From contig CBFGIT010000008.1 in the NCBI GenBank assembly GCA_965648905.1, positions 59,225 to 123,224 of the forward strand: a DNA stretch of 64,000 nucleotides, written 5' to 3'. The notes under the pieces are model-generated. The model was not told the DNA's origin and made no database searches. It was given only the letters and a program-made list of their open reading frames with translations. The translations under genes and the position numbers were made by a program. This document shows, in pieces, positions 55,154-64,000 of this stretch. This DNA comes from a candidate division WOR-3 bacterium. Lineage in GTDB: Bacteria > Hydrothermota > Tepidihabitantia > Tepidihabitantales > Tepidihabitantaceae. The first letter of the stretch is position 1. Each line of letters begins with the position of its first letter.

Positions 55154-55581
55154 GACCGGTTCGAGTCCGCGTTCAGCTCCTGGCCGATGTACCAATGCCC
55201 GCACAGCAGACTGACGGCGCGGCTGGATTCGACCTCGCTGCCGCGGATTCGGCCACAATCGCCCCGGGCAGTTTCGGCACCGTGAGAACCGGCATTGCCA
55301 TCGAGATGCCGGAAGGACTTGAGGCTCAGGTCCGCCCCAGATCCGGCCTGGCTGCGCGCCACGGCATCGGACTGCTCAACTCGCCGGGTACGATTGATTC
55401 CGACTACCGGGGCGAAATCAGGGTCGTGCTGTTCAACATGAGCAGAAAGCAGTTCCGAATCCGCCCGGGCGAGCGCATTGCTCAGCTCGTTTTCAGCCGG
55501 CCGGCCCAGGTCCGGCTTGAGTCTGCTGCAAGGCTCAGCAGGACCCGCCGGGGCTCAGGCGGCTTCGGTCACACCGGATGA
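55150..55581 (+). CDS. dut: dUTP diphosphatase
   Basis: AGFDL, RPRSGLA, GTIDSDYRGE, RIAQL, RGSGGFGHTG. Confidence 0.96.
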   Translation: MRPVRVRVQLLADVPMPAQQTDGAAGFDLAAADSATIAPGSFGTVRTGIAIEMPEGLEAQVRPRSGLAARHGIGLLNSPGTIDSDYRGEIRVVLFNMSRKQFRIRPGERIAQLVFSRPAQVRLESAARLSRTRRGSGGFGHTG

Positions 55582-56726
55582 ACGACTCAGCCCGGCCCTT
55601 GGGAATCTGCCTGGTCTCAGCAGCGTACCGGCCGTACCCATCAGGCGTCAGCGAACACGTCCACCACCTGGCCTGCGAACTCCACAAGCTCGGCCACAGG
55701 GTTCATGTCCTGACTACCAACTTTGCCGGCCCGGTCGAACCGGCCGACCCTTTCCCGGTCACACGCATGGGCCGGGCTCTGCTCATCCCGATGAACCGCT
55801 CCTATGCGACGCTGCCGGTGAGCATCAGCATGCCGGTCATGGTCCCGAGGTTCGTCCGGCAGCACCGGTTCGATGTCATCCACTGCCACGGCATATTCCC
55901 GCCTGAAGTCTCGTACTGGGCATTGGTCGGCACGCGCGTACCGGCCGCAGTCACGTTCCACACCTATGGCAAACTGCCGTCCGAGCCGGTACTCAAGGCA
56001 TTCCGCACCCTGTTTGCCGGACTCAACCGCCGCATCGCGGCCCGCATCGGGGTTTCCCAGGCTGGTGCCGCGTTCGCCTGCCGGCTCTTTCCCGGCAAGT
56101 TCCATGTCATCCCGAACGGCGTTGACCTTGGCCGATTCTGTCCGACTGCGCCGGCACCGCCGGTCATGGCCGGAGCGCAACCGACCGTCCTCTACGTCGG
56201 TCGCTTTGACGAACGCAAGGGTTTGCCGGTACTGCTCCGGGCCATGCCGCGGGTTGTTGCCGCGGTGCCGTCGGTCAGACTGTTCGCAGTCGGCAGCGGC
56301 CTGCTCGAAGCTGAATGCCGCGGGCTTGCCCGAGAGCTGAACATCACCGACCACGTTGTCTTCACCGGCCGCGCCGGCAGCGAAGAACTGCCCGGCTACT
56401 ATGCCGGCTGCACGGTCTATGTTTCACCGGCCTTGGGCGGCGAGGCAATGGGAATCGTGCTCGTCGAGGCCCTTGCCTGCGGCCGACCGGTCATCGCCTC
56501 GAATATCCCCGGGTACAACGAAGTGTTGCAGGACAACGTCAACGGCATCCTGGTGCCGCCGAACCAGCCCGAACCACTGGCTGACGCAGTCATCAGAGTA
56601 CTCACCTCTCCGGCCCTCCAGGCCCGGCTTTCGGCCAAGGCAGTCGAGCGGGCACGCGAGTTCGCCTGGCCCGAGGTCACGCGCCGACTGCTCGACGTCT
56701 ACTGCGAAATACTAGGCCGGTCATGA
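55578..56726 (+). CDS. GT4 glycosyltransferase (PimA-like)
   Basis: SGVSEHV, TFH, IPNGVD, GRFDERKG, GGEAMGIVLVEALACG. Confidence 0.9.
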   Translation: MNDSARPLGICLVSAAYRPYPSGVSEHVHHLACELHKLGHRVHVLTTNFAGPVEPADPFPVTRMGRALLIPMNRSYATLPVSISMPVMVPRFVRQHRFDVIHCHGIFPPEVSYWALVGTRVPAAVTFHTYGKLPSEPVLKAFRTLFAGLNRRIAARIGVSQAGAAFACRLFPGKFHVIPNGVDLGRFCPTAPAPPVMAGAQPTVLYVGRFDERKGLPVLLRAMPRVVAAVPSVRLFAVGSGLLEAECRGLARELNITDHVVFTGRAGSEELPGYYAGCTVYVSPALGGEAMGIVLVEALACGRPVIASNIPGYNEVLQDNVNGILVPPNQPEPLADAVIRVLTSPALQARLSAKAVERAREFAWPEVTRRLLDVYCEILGRS

Positions 56727-56835
56727 GTGCTGGCCGGCCTGCTGATACAGAATCTGAAGCACGCGCAGGTCAAGAAGGACAATCCTGAACGCGGGGTGTT
56801 GAACCGCTTCGAGTTCGAGCGGCCGGGTCCTGCTG

Positions 56836-57594
56836 CTAGCGCGAGAGCATGCGTAGAAGAACCGGGCCCCAGAGCGCCAGCACGAGGAAGAAGAGGAATG
56901 TACCCGCGACCACGGCAAAGAGCACCAGGGCAGCGCAGCCGATGATGTTGCCCGAGGGCACGAGCTTGCGGGCAAGGGCCCGCGCCCGGGCCGGGTTGCG
57001 TTCAATCCAGGTTGGGACCGCGATAACCAGCAGGGAGACTGCTGCCAGGGTACCAAGCGCAGTCCAGAGCATGACCATCCCCTCATTCCTCGGTTCGGCC
57101 TCCATTGAGAGCAGCGCTCCGATGCCCGCACCGAGTACCAGCGGAAAGGCGATGCAGAGTCCGATGAGAACCGGTTTCCAGTTCCGCTCCGCGTACATCG
57201 GTTGATTGACGTATCCCGGCGACCGGTCCGGATTGCAGAGCCGAATCACCTCGTCGCGCAGGTATTCGACGTCGGCCTGCCGCTCAGCAAGCGCTGCCAG
57301 CACGCTGGACTCTGATGTTTCGTCAGCCTGCTGGCGGGCTCGGGCCAGGTCGTCAACCGCAATCCGGTACTGCAGGAGCAGTTCCCTGATGCGCCGGATG
57401 GTATTCTCCTCGCCGACCTGACCGCTCGCCACCGGCTCGCACCACCAACCGTTGTGTTCCTTTCTTGCCAGACGCCAGAACCGGTCGTCGCCGGTCATGA
57501 ATACCGTGCCGGTCCTGACCCAGAGCGCCGGAATCCACAGCCACGGGTCAGACATCTCGTAGCCAAAGAACCGCTCTTCTGACTGGGCTGTCAT
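56836..57594 (-). CDS. Hypothetical membrane protein (3 C-terminal TM segments)
   Basis: Own promoter TTGACA-16-TATTAT; coiled segment followed by hydrophobic helices. Confidence 0.65.
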   Translation of the reverse strand: MTAQSEERFFGYEMSDPWLWIPALWVRTGTVFMTGDDRFWRLARKEHNGWWCEPVASGQVGEENTIRRIRELLLQYRIAVDDLARARQQADETSESSVLAALAERQADVEYLRDEVIRLCNPDRSPGYVNQPMYAERNWKPVLIGLCIAFPLVLGAGIGALLSMEAEPRNEGMVMLWTALGTLAAVSLLVIAVPTWIERNPARARALARKLVPSGNIIGCAALVLFAVVAGTFLFFLVLALWGPVLLRMLSR

Positions 57595-57756
57595 GGCGCT
57601 TCACCTGAGCAGGCCGAGCCGAACATCGGCTTGATAATAGACCGAGCAGCAAGTCTGTCAAGCCTGCCGGTCGCAGCCCATTGGATCATATCTGATGGCG
57701 CTGACCGGAAGCTGCGACTGCCGGTCGCGCTGACCGCAGCCAGACGCCGAGCCGCC

Positions 57757-59214
57757 CTAGCGCAGCAGCGTCACTTTCAGTCGGTCGGTTCCACCGCCGG
57801 CCGTCACGGTGCAAAAGTAGGTTCCGGCAGCAACCGGTCGCCCGGTGTCGTCAGCTCCCCTCCACTCAGCCTCGAAAGCTGTCGGGCCATGCCGGACGCA
57901 CCGCAGAACCTGGACTTGACGACCAGAGCAATCACGAACCACTGCGGCAAACCGGGTCTGCCGCCGGACTAGAAACCGGGCTCGGAATACCTCGGACCGC
58001 GCCGTTGAGACCGTCAGGTTCGGGCCCAGCCCGGCGCCGGTTGCAGCTCCGTCATCGCCGTCGGTCAGACTCCGAGACGAGCAAGCCGCGAGCGCTGCAA
58101 CCGTTGCTGCCTGCGAAGCGTGAGCGGCGGGCCCGGACCAGTCCGGACAGGCCCCATAGACCTGTCGCACCAGCCTGAAGACCGCGGGGTGGAAGTCGCC
58201 AAGCTTGAGCCAGTCTTTCAGGTGGCCGGAACGGTCCGGCCCGCCGCTGCCATCTACGAAACGACTGAGCACCGGATTCGTACCCGGCCCAAGTCGCATG
58301 GTCCTGACCAGGGTGTTGCCCAGCCGGGTCAGGTCGGCCGTGTCGAAACAGCGCGCCTGGGCCCATGCCTCCCGGACAAACGAGATGCCCAGATTCGCAT
58401 GGGAGATATCCTCGGGCCGTGGGTCAGAACGGGCTGACGGCCAGTGTTTCCACGTATAGCTCGAATCAGTAACCCGGAACGTCAAGTCGTCTTTGAAAGA
58501 AGCTGCCATCAGGTCGGCGGTACTTGAGTACCAATCCTCAGGCAGTGCCGGCCAGGCCGAGCAGTAGTACGGCGACTTTGCGACCTCAGCCATCACGAGC
58601 AGCACTTCGCCGAACACGAGGAACTGGTTCACCGGCAGAAACCGCCATCCGCCGAAACGCTCCAGACATCCGTCTGAACCCCGGTCATGATGCCAGTTGG
58701 AATACCACTTGGCAATGACGTTCTGTTCGATAACCCGGACATAGCGAACCGCGCGACCAAGGTAGCGAGGCTGAAGCTCTGGTGTCAAGAACACCAGCCG
58801 GGCAAACCTGACCACCGGCAGACATATCTGCCCATCGTGGACCAGGTATTCCTGATACCGTCCATCCGGGTCATAGCGGGTCGTGCCCCAGCCCAGAAAG
58901 CCGTCTCGGTACCCGAGCCAGCATCTGCCGGTGTCCGGTACGTCGCGCATCACTGCGAGCATCGTATCCGCGTGGGCGGCGAACCGGTCAAGCCAGCACT
59001 GATTCTGGGTGGCCCGGTACATCAGCAGGTAGGCCTGGAGCAGGTACGACTCCCACCACGCCAGGTCAGCCGAGTTCGCGCTGCCGAAACAGCGCATCTC
59101 GTTTGCCTGGTGCCAGGCGGAGAAACTCTCTGCCCACTCCTCTGCTGCCAGTTGCCCAACCGAGGCAACCAGCACTGCCGCAACTGCTGCGGCAGCACGT
59201 GTCTGTCGCATCAC
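57757..59214 (-). CDS. Secreted uncharacterised helical (alpha/alpha-barrel-like) protein with FlgD-Ig-like tail
   Basis: Signal peptide; LAWWESYLLQ, YLVHDG, EDISHA; tail DCSGRQV...W.G.DDTGRPVAAGTYF. Confidence 0.75.
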   Translation of the reverse strand: MMRQTRAAAAVAAVLVASVGQLAAEEWAESFSAWHQANEMRCFGSANSADLAWWESYLLQAYLLMYRATQNQCWLDRFAAHADTMLAVMRDVPDTGRCWLGYRDGFLGWGTTRYDPDGRYQEYLVHDGQICLPVVRFARLVFLTPELQPRYLGRAVRYVRVIEQNVIAKWYSNWHHDRGSDGCLERFGGWRFLPVNQFLVFGEVLLVMAEVAKSPYYCSAWPALPEDWYSSTADLMAASFKDDLTFRVTDSSYTWKHWPSARSDPRPEDISHANLGISFVREAWAQARCFDTADLTRLGNTLVRTMRLGPGTNPVLSRFVDGSGGPDRSGHLKDWLKLGDFHPAVFRLVRQVYGACPDWSGPAAHASQAATVAALAACSSRSLTDGDDGAATGAGLGPNLTVSTARSEVFRARFLVRRQTRFAAVVRDCSGRQVQVLRCVRHGPTAFEAEWRGADDTGRPVAAGTYFCTVTAGGGTDRLKVTLLR

Positions 59215-59492
59215 TTAGCCTCCTGGCAGAGCTGAGAATGCCGGACCCGGTGCCCACAGCAATTCCTTCTGCTCGCACCTGTATCAGGAACCCGGGCCTA
59301 GAGGAACCATATCAGGACCATCACCGGCCTGATGCCTCCAGCCGTGACACACGGCCTGGTCCTGCCCGGTCTTCCAGTGCTCAGTCCGGCATCTCAGCCA
59401 TGCCGCTTTTTCTCTCTGCCATCTTCCGGCCGGTTCCAAGCCTCAGGAACCAGGCCGGCCTCAAAAACCCGGTCTGGTGTTGCGCGTGGCTC

Positions 59493-60752
59493 CTACCAGT
59501 CTGCCTGCGATAGACGTGCGCCCGCGCCCTCGGGCGCGACCCCGACGCCGGGACTCAGACGAAGCCGCCGAATCGCGCCTGAGCCGGCCTCATACTCGGC
59601 AAGCTGGGCCATGGTCAAAGCCATCTGGGGCCCGGCCTGAGCCGGCGAGGTCCAAGTCGGGTCGGCACGATAGGCCCGCTCGACCGCAGCACGCACCGTC
59701 GGCTCAAACTCGGCAAGCTGCAGCCAGTGGCGCAGATTGCCGATGCGGTCAAGACCGCCGGTTCCATTCACCAATCGGCAGAAGCCAGGCTGGTCATTGG
59801 TCAGCCGCCTCATGGTCCGTGACAAGCAATGGGCGAGCCGCTCCATGTCTGGCTGTGAGAACGCCCTCTCCTGCCGGTATGCCTCAAGCGCAAAAGAAAC
59901 ACAAAGGTCACCGTGCGAAAGGTCTTCCCATGTCGCGCCCGAGGTCGCAGCTTGACGCCAGACATAGGCATCGTCCTCTGCCCGGTACAGCAGGCTGCCC
60001 TTGAACAGGTCGGCCATTGCCTGCGCCGTCTCGACGTAGAATCGGTCCGGCAGCTCAGCGCTCGACCTCTCGTACTCGGGCATCTGACTAATGTCGGCCA
60101 GGACGAGCAGCACTTCGCCGAACGAAAGAAACTGGTTCAAAGGCAGATTGCGCCACCCGCCGAAGTGCTCCAGGTCCTCGCCCGCGCCGCGTTCTGCGTG
60201 CAGGTTGCGACACCACTTGGCAATGATGTTCTCTTCAATGAATGCGAGGTAGTACTTCGCCCGTTTCTGATAGCGGTCATAGAGCGTCGGCTGCTCGTAG
60301 ACCATGCGAATGAACCGAACAACCGGCAGGCATATCCGACTGTCGTGGACCAGATACTCCTGATAACGTCCCTGCGGGTCATAGCGCGTTGTCCCCCAGC
60401 CGTCAAAGCCGTCGAGGTACCCGGGCCAGTATTCACCTGAGACCGGCACGTCCCGGGCCGCGCCAAGCATCGCGTCGGTGTGGGCGACGAACCGATCCAG
60501 CCAGAACCAGTCGCCGGTCGCTTTGTACATCGGAAGATAAGACTGAAGCAGATACGACTCCCACCATGCCAGGTGGGCTGAATTGCTCTGGCCGATACAG
60601 CGGAACTCGTTCGCGCCGTGCCAGGCACGAAACTGCTCTGCCCAGTCGGCAGCGCCCAGCAGGCCGGGCGCTGCCATGACGACAACCAGTACCCACGCCC
60701 CTACGCGGTTCAAACCGCCTCTCATAATAGCCTCCATTAGTCTCCTGCCCAT
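59493..60752 (-). CDS. Secreted paralogue of 57757..59214 lacking the C-terminal tail
   Basis: Shared blocks LAWWESYLLQ, WLDRF, GWGTTRYDP.GRYQEYLVHD, NQFL.FGEVLLV, ED.SH. Confidence 0.75.
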   Translation of the reverse strand: MGRRLMEAIMRGGLNRVGAWVLVVVMAAPGLLGAADWAEQFRAWHGANEFRCIGQSNSAHLAWWESYLLQSYLPMYKATGDWFWLDRFVAHTDAMLGAARDVPVSGEYWPGYLDGFDGWGTTRYDPQGRYQEYLVHDSRICLPVVRFIRMVYEQPTLYDRYQKRAKYYLAFIEENIIAKWCRNLHAERGAGEDLEHFGGWRNLPLNQFLSFGEVLLVLADISQMPEYERSSAELPDRFYVETAQAMADLFKGSLLYRAEDDAYVWRQAATSGATWEDLSHGDLCVSFALEAYRQERAFSQPDMERLAHCLSRTMRRLTNDQPGFCRLVNGTGGLDRIGNLRHWLQLAEFEPTVRAAVERAYRADPTWTSPAQAGPQMALTMAQLAEYEAGSGAIRRLRLSPGVGVAPEGAGARLSQADW

Positions 60753-60924
60753 CGCTCACCGCCAGCACTCGCCCTCGGGCGCCCCCCCGGTGACAACCAG
60801 ACCCTGCTCCTGCCAGGTTCTACCGGCCTAAATCATCTTGAAGAGCTGTCTGTTGACGCCCACACGCAGCGGTACTGTGACCGGTTCGGACCGTCTCACT
60901 CGGTCCGGCCCGGTGCGGACTGTG

Positions 60925-61134
60925 CTAGTCTTTGCTCCTGACCCGAATCGGACTCGGCTCAGGCAGGAGCAGCCGGAACATCATCAACGACCGCGTCGGC
61001 GCATACCTGGTCTTCTCCGGTGCAAGGACAATCACGCGGTGACGCGACGGCACTTCCTGCGAATCGGTACTGCTTTCCGGACTCGGCCCGGGAGTCCCTT
61101 CCGGCACCCCGGGCATGCGAACACGACCCCACAT
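60925..61134 (-). CDS. Small hypothetical protein
   Basis: Perfect AAGGAGG 5 nt before the ATG; strong promoter upstream. Confidence 0.45.
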   Translation of the reverse strand: MWGRVRMPGVPEGTPGPSPESSTDSQEVPSRHRVIVLAPEKTRYAPTRSLMMFRLLLPEPSPIRVRSKD

Positions 61135-61243
61135 CCAGACCTCCTTAGGCCCCCGGTGCTGACGATACTGACTCTGTTCTGTGAGGTAGAGTTGCGAACA
61201 ACTCAGCGACGGCGACTCCGCCTTTACCTCAGCCTCTGGAGAA

Positions 61244-61271
61244 ATTATACCAAAGATTCAGCTCAGGTCAA
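61244..61271 (-). promoter_or_regulatory. Strong sigma70-like promoter
   Basis: TTGACC-16bp-TATAAT with extended TG. Confidence 0.65.
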
Positions 61272-61331
61272 ATCCGGCGCACACCGACCCATCACGTTGT
61301 TGACTTCTCACGGTCGCGCGGTCAGACTTAG

Positions 61332-62042
61332 ATGATGCCGAAGATGGCAACCTGCTTCCTGCTCATCCTGGCCGCGACCACAGCCCAAGCCCGGGCCCAC
61401 GTCCAGACCCAGCTTGCGGTCCGGTTCAGGCACGAACCGGGCGTAGAGACAAGAATGCTTCTCCTCGGGCACGTCGGGCTGCCGGTCGGCTCCAGAACCA
61501 GACTCAGGCTGGCCGGGGCCGGAGGCGTACTTGACAACTCCGGGCTTGCCGCCTATGGCCTTGACGCCGACATCCTGGCAGTCAAGACCTGCGGTCTGCG
61601 CTTTTGGGCCGGCGCTGCCCACGAGCAGTGGCCCGACTGGCAGACAGGCGAGAACCGCATCTTCGGCCTGGCAACAGTCGAGCCCCGCTCCTGCCTTGCG
61701 CTCGGCATCGGCCTGGTGTGGCGGGCCGCTATCTTTGACCCGGTTCGGTACGCTTCGCCCTTCTACTGGCGCAGTGCTGTGCCGGAATTGAACCTTGCCT
61801 ACCTGATTGACTGGACTCTTGTGCGCCGCCCGAGTGCCGAACTCGGCATCCGGCTTGCCAATCACGACCTGCTGTTCGTCCACAATCCGCAGCAACTGCC
61901 CGTGAGTCTGCACGGCCGGCTCTCCGCCAGCCGCGACTGGCACATCCGGGCCGGGTGCGGCACTGCGGTCACAGGGCTGTCCGGCCCGATACTGTCATTC
62001 AGCGAGACAAGCGTTGAACTCGGGGTGAGCCATGACTTCTAG
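61332..62042 (+). CDS. Putative outer-membrane beta-barrel protein
   Basis: Signal peptide ending AQA, alternating amphipathic strands, C-terminal ...VELGVSHDF. Confidence 0.55.
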   Translation: MMPKMATCFLLILAATTAQARAHVQTQLAVRFRHEPGVETRMLLLGHVGLPVGSRTRLRLAGAGGVLDNSGLAAYGLDADILAVKTCGLRFWAGAAHEQWPDWQTGENRIFGLATVEPRSCLALGIGLVWRAAIFDPVRYASPFYWRSAVPELNLAYLIDWTLVRRPSAELGIRLANHDLLFVHNPQQLPVSLHGRLSASRDWHIRAGCGTAVTGLSGPILSFSETSVELGVSHDF

Positions 62043-62877
62043 ACCAAAGCAGGCCCTACTCGGCGTCCTGCTGATTCTGGTCGCGGGCTGTAACTGGGAC
62101 GTCGGCCAGTTCCTCTTCCATCCATCGGTTGACCAGCGGGTCAAGGAGAGTCTCTCCGGTGAGCTGACCGTTCCTGGCCCAGCCAAAGTCAACCCGGACT
62201 CGTTCTCCTTTGCTGTGTTCGGAGACATTCACTACACGCTCGCCGACCACCCGACCATGGCGCGATTCGGGCGCGAGGTGGCAAAGAGAGGCATCAGTTT
62301 CTTCTGCGTGCTCGGCGACCTGACTCACGACGGCACGTCTGCCCAGATGGCACGCGCCCGGGCCGGGCTGGACAGCATCGGTGTGCCGTATTACGTCACC
62401 CTCGGAAACCACGACCTGTTTCAGGCTGATGCCTGGCCGTCGTACAAAGCCGTGTTCGGCCCGGGCTGTTACTCGGTCGTGATTGCCGGCAGGTTGAAGC
62501 TCATCTTCCTCGACACTGCCGAAGGCAGACTGGGAAGCCGCCAGTTCGAGTGGCTTGAGCAGGAGCTCGCTGCTGAGAACCGCATCACGTTCGTTGGAAC
62601 GCACTTCCCGCTCTACGACGGTGCGGTGCCCAGCATCTACCGGCTGGCCAGCGGCCCGGAGCGGGCCAAACTCCAGCACCTGCTTCAGAAGAACAAGGTC
62701 TGGGCAATTGCATCCGGCCATATCCATGGCTGGCGCTGCACCGAAGTAGAGGGCGTCAGACACTTCATCACCGGGACCATGCAGGCCGACGAAACCAGGC
62801 TCGACTTTGGCCGGCTCGGCTATCTGCTCGTGACCTATAGGCACGACTCGCTCTCGTGGCAGCGAGTCGACTACTGA
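62032..62877 (+). CDS. Lipoprotein calcineurin-like metallophosphoesterase
   Basis: LVAGC lipobox; GDIH, GDL, GNHD, H.P, GHIH. Confidence 0.88.
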   Translation: MTSRPKQALLGVLLILVAGCNWDVGQFLFHPSVDQRVKESLSGELTVPGPAKVNPDSFSFAVFGDIHYTLADHPTMARFGREVAKRGISFFCVLGDLTHDGTSAQMARARAGLDSIGVPYYVTLGNHDLFQADAWPSYKAVFGPGCYSVVIAGRLKLIFLDTAEGRLGSRQFEWLEQELAAENRITFVGTHFPLYDGAVPSIYRLASGPERAKLQHLLQKNKVWAIASGHIHGWRCTEVEGVRHFITGTMQADETRLDFGRLGYLLVTYRHDSLSWQRVDY

Positions 62878-63140
62878 GCCGACGCTTGGCTCCGGTGACA
62901 TGCGCATCCCGTTGTCAAAACCGCTCGCTACTTGGCGGAGCCGTGCCAATCTTCAAGAACAGCAACGCCCAACCGCGCCCCGGCAGCGCAAGGATACGCC
63001 GGTAGGCCTCGCACGTACCACCAAAGAACTGGTTCTGGCGGGCGGCGTCAGCTGAGTTCCGGACTCTGCTTCACACCGCGCCGTGACTCAAGCCATCTGG
63101 CTGTTGTCCGCCTCACCCAAGCCTGCCCCGAGTCCGGATT

Positions 63141-63998
63141 CTACCGCTGCACCACCAGCTTGTACGTCACATGTTCCTTGGCCGCGGCGAGCTTGAGCAG
63201 GTACACGCCGTTGCTTGTAGTCCGGCCCTGGTTGTCTTTGCCGTCCCAGACCACGGTGTTCGCACCCGGCCAGGCTTCCCAGTCGACGAGAGTGCGTACC
63301 AGCCTGCCCGAGCAGTTGTAGAGCTTCATCGTCACGTGCTGCCGGGCTGGTGAGAGCCATCGTATCGCCACCTTGCCGGCCGAAGGGTTCGGGCCGACTC
63401 GCTCCAGCGACAGCACGTCCAGGCCTGCACCCATCGCGCCGTCCTGCTGCCTCCGGTGCCGGACCAGGAAGATGCCGTTTCCCGGCCTTGGTCTGGGCTT
63501 GGGCCGGACCCGGTCGGTCAGGTTCGGGTCCTCGCGCTCGTATACTACGTTGTTCACGCCCGTAGTCTGGGCATAGTGCACGTCCGGGTTGTCCCGGATG
63601 CAGCTTGAGTCGGTCAGGCTGGTGAAGTCACCCGAGGCCGTATCGACCATGCCAATCTGGCTGGTCAGGCCAAACCACCGGACCGCAGCAATCGAGACCG
63701 CGTCACCAGACCAGTCCGGCTCTTCCAGGTCAAGACCGGAGCTTGTCAGGAGCCGCTCGCCGGTCCCGTCGCTTCTGACCAGCCCGACCTGATACGTGCC
63801 GTCGTTATCCTGGGTGGCAAAGCAGACGCTCTGCCCATCCTGGGCCGGGTCTGGCGTCTCGGCATCGTACTCACCGTCGGTCAGCACCGTACGCGTGCCG
63901 GTGTTGATGCTGAGCTTTGCCACTCTATCATAGTCGCCGTCCTTGGAGTAGACGAAGAGGACGTGTTCATCATCGAGGAAGCTCGGTGACTCGCAGTC
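63141..63998 (-). CDS. TolB/PD40-like propeller protein with FlgD-Ig/T9SS-like C-terminal domain; 5' part outside window
   Basis: Frame is open to the window end; P.W/F S.D repeats; tail PNPS...YNCSGRLV...WDGKDNQGRTTSNGVY. Confidence 0.8.
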   Translation of the reverse strand, partial: DCESPSFLDDEHVLFVYSKDGDYDRVAKLSINTGTRTVLTDGEYDAETPDPAQDGQSVCFATQDNDGTYQVGLVRSDGTGERLLTSSGLDLEEPDWSGDAVSIAAVRWFGLTSQIGMVDTASGDFTSLTDSSCIRDNPDVHYAQTTGVNNVVYEREDPNLTDRVRPKPRPRPGNGIFLVRHRRQQDGAMGAGLDVLSLERVGPNPSAGKVAIRWLSPARQHVTMKLYNCSGRLVRTLVDWEAWPGANTVVWDGKDNQGRTTSNGVYLLKLAAAKEHVTYKLVVQR

Positions 63999-64000
63999 GG

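Noticed and set aside
56724..56835. Short ORFs after the GT4 gene
   Set aside because: 21-72 aa, partly overlapping the convergent gene, no motif

Overview
A 64-kb, GC-rich, gene-dense bacterial chromosomal window. It holds mostly housekeeping genes: thrS-infC-rpmI-rplT, guaB, purE-purC-queA-murF, selB-selD, pyrG-lptCAB-rpoN, adk-map-infA-rpmJ, trxB, hslU-argF, dprA, obgE-coaD-rsmD, rnhA, dut and four tRNAs. Several secreted proteins carry FlgD-Ig/T9SS-sorting-like C-terminal tails. Together these suggest an anaerobic diderm from an FCB-adjacent candidate lineage such as WOR-3 (inference only). I found no CRISPR array, rRNA or intact transposase/integrase. The most notable items are: (1) an iscS-iscU-Zn-ribbon-glutaredoxin-FTR/rubredoxin operon whose IscS lacks the PLP-binding lysine; (2) a ~420-nt highly base-paired, pseudoknot-capable intergenic element (19.65-20.07 kb) downstream of a small ORF with a sigma54-like promoter; (3) a LeuCD-type hydratase plus citrate-lyase-like operon with a fused ACP-beta subunit; (4) a structured leader that pairs next to the ribosome-binding site, ahead of two paralogous uncharacterised secreted proteins; (5) a selenocysteine-containing SelD truncated in the ORF track; (6) a deletion scar joining the start of a type I R-M hsdS to the end of hsdR; (7) many leaderless-type promoters, and an infC with no canonical start codon.
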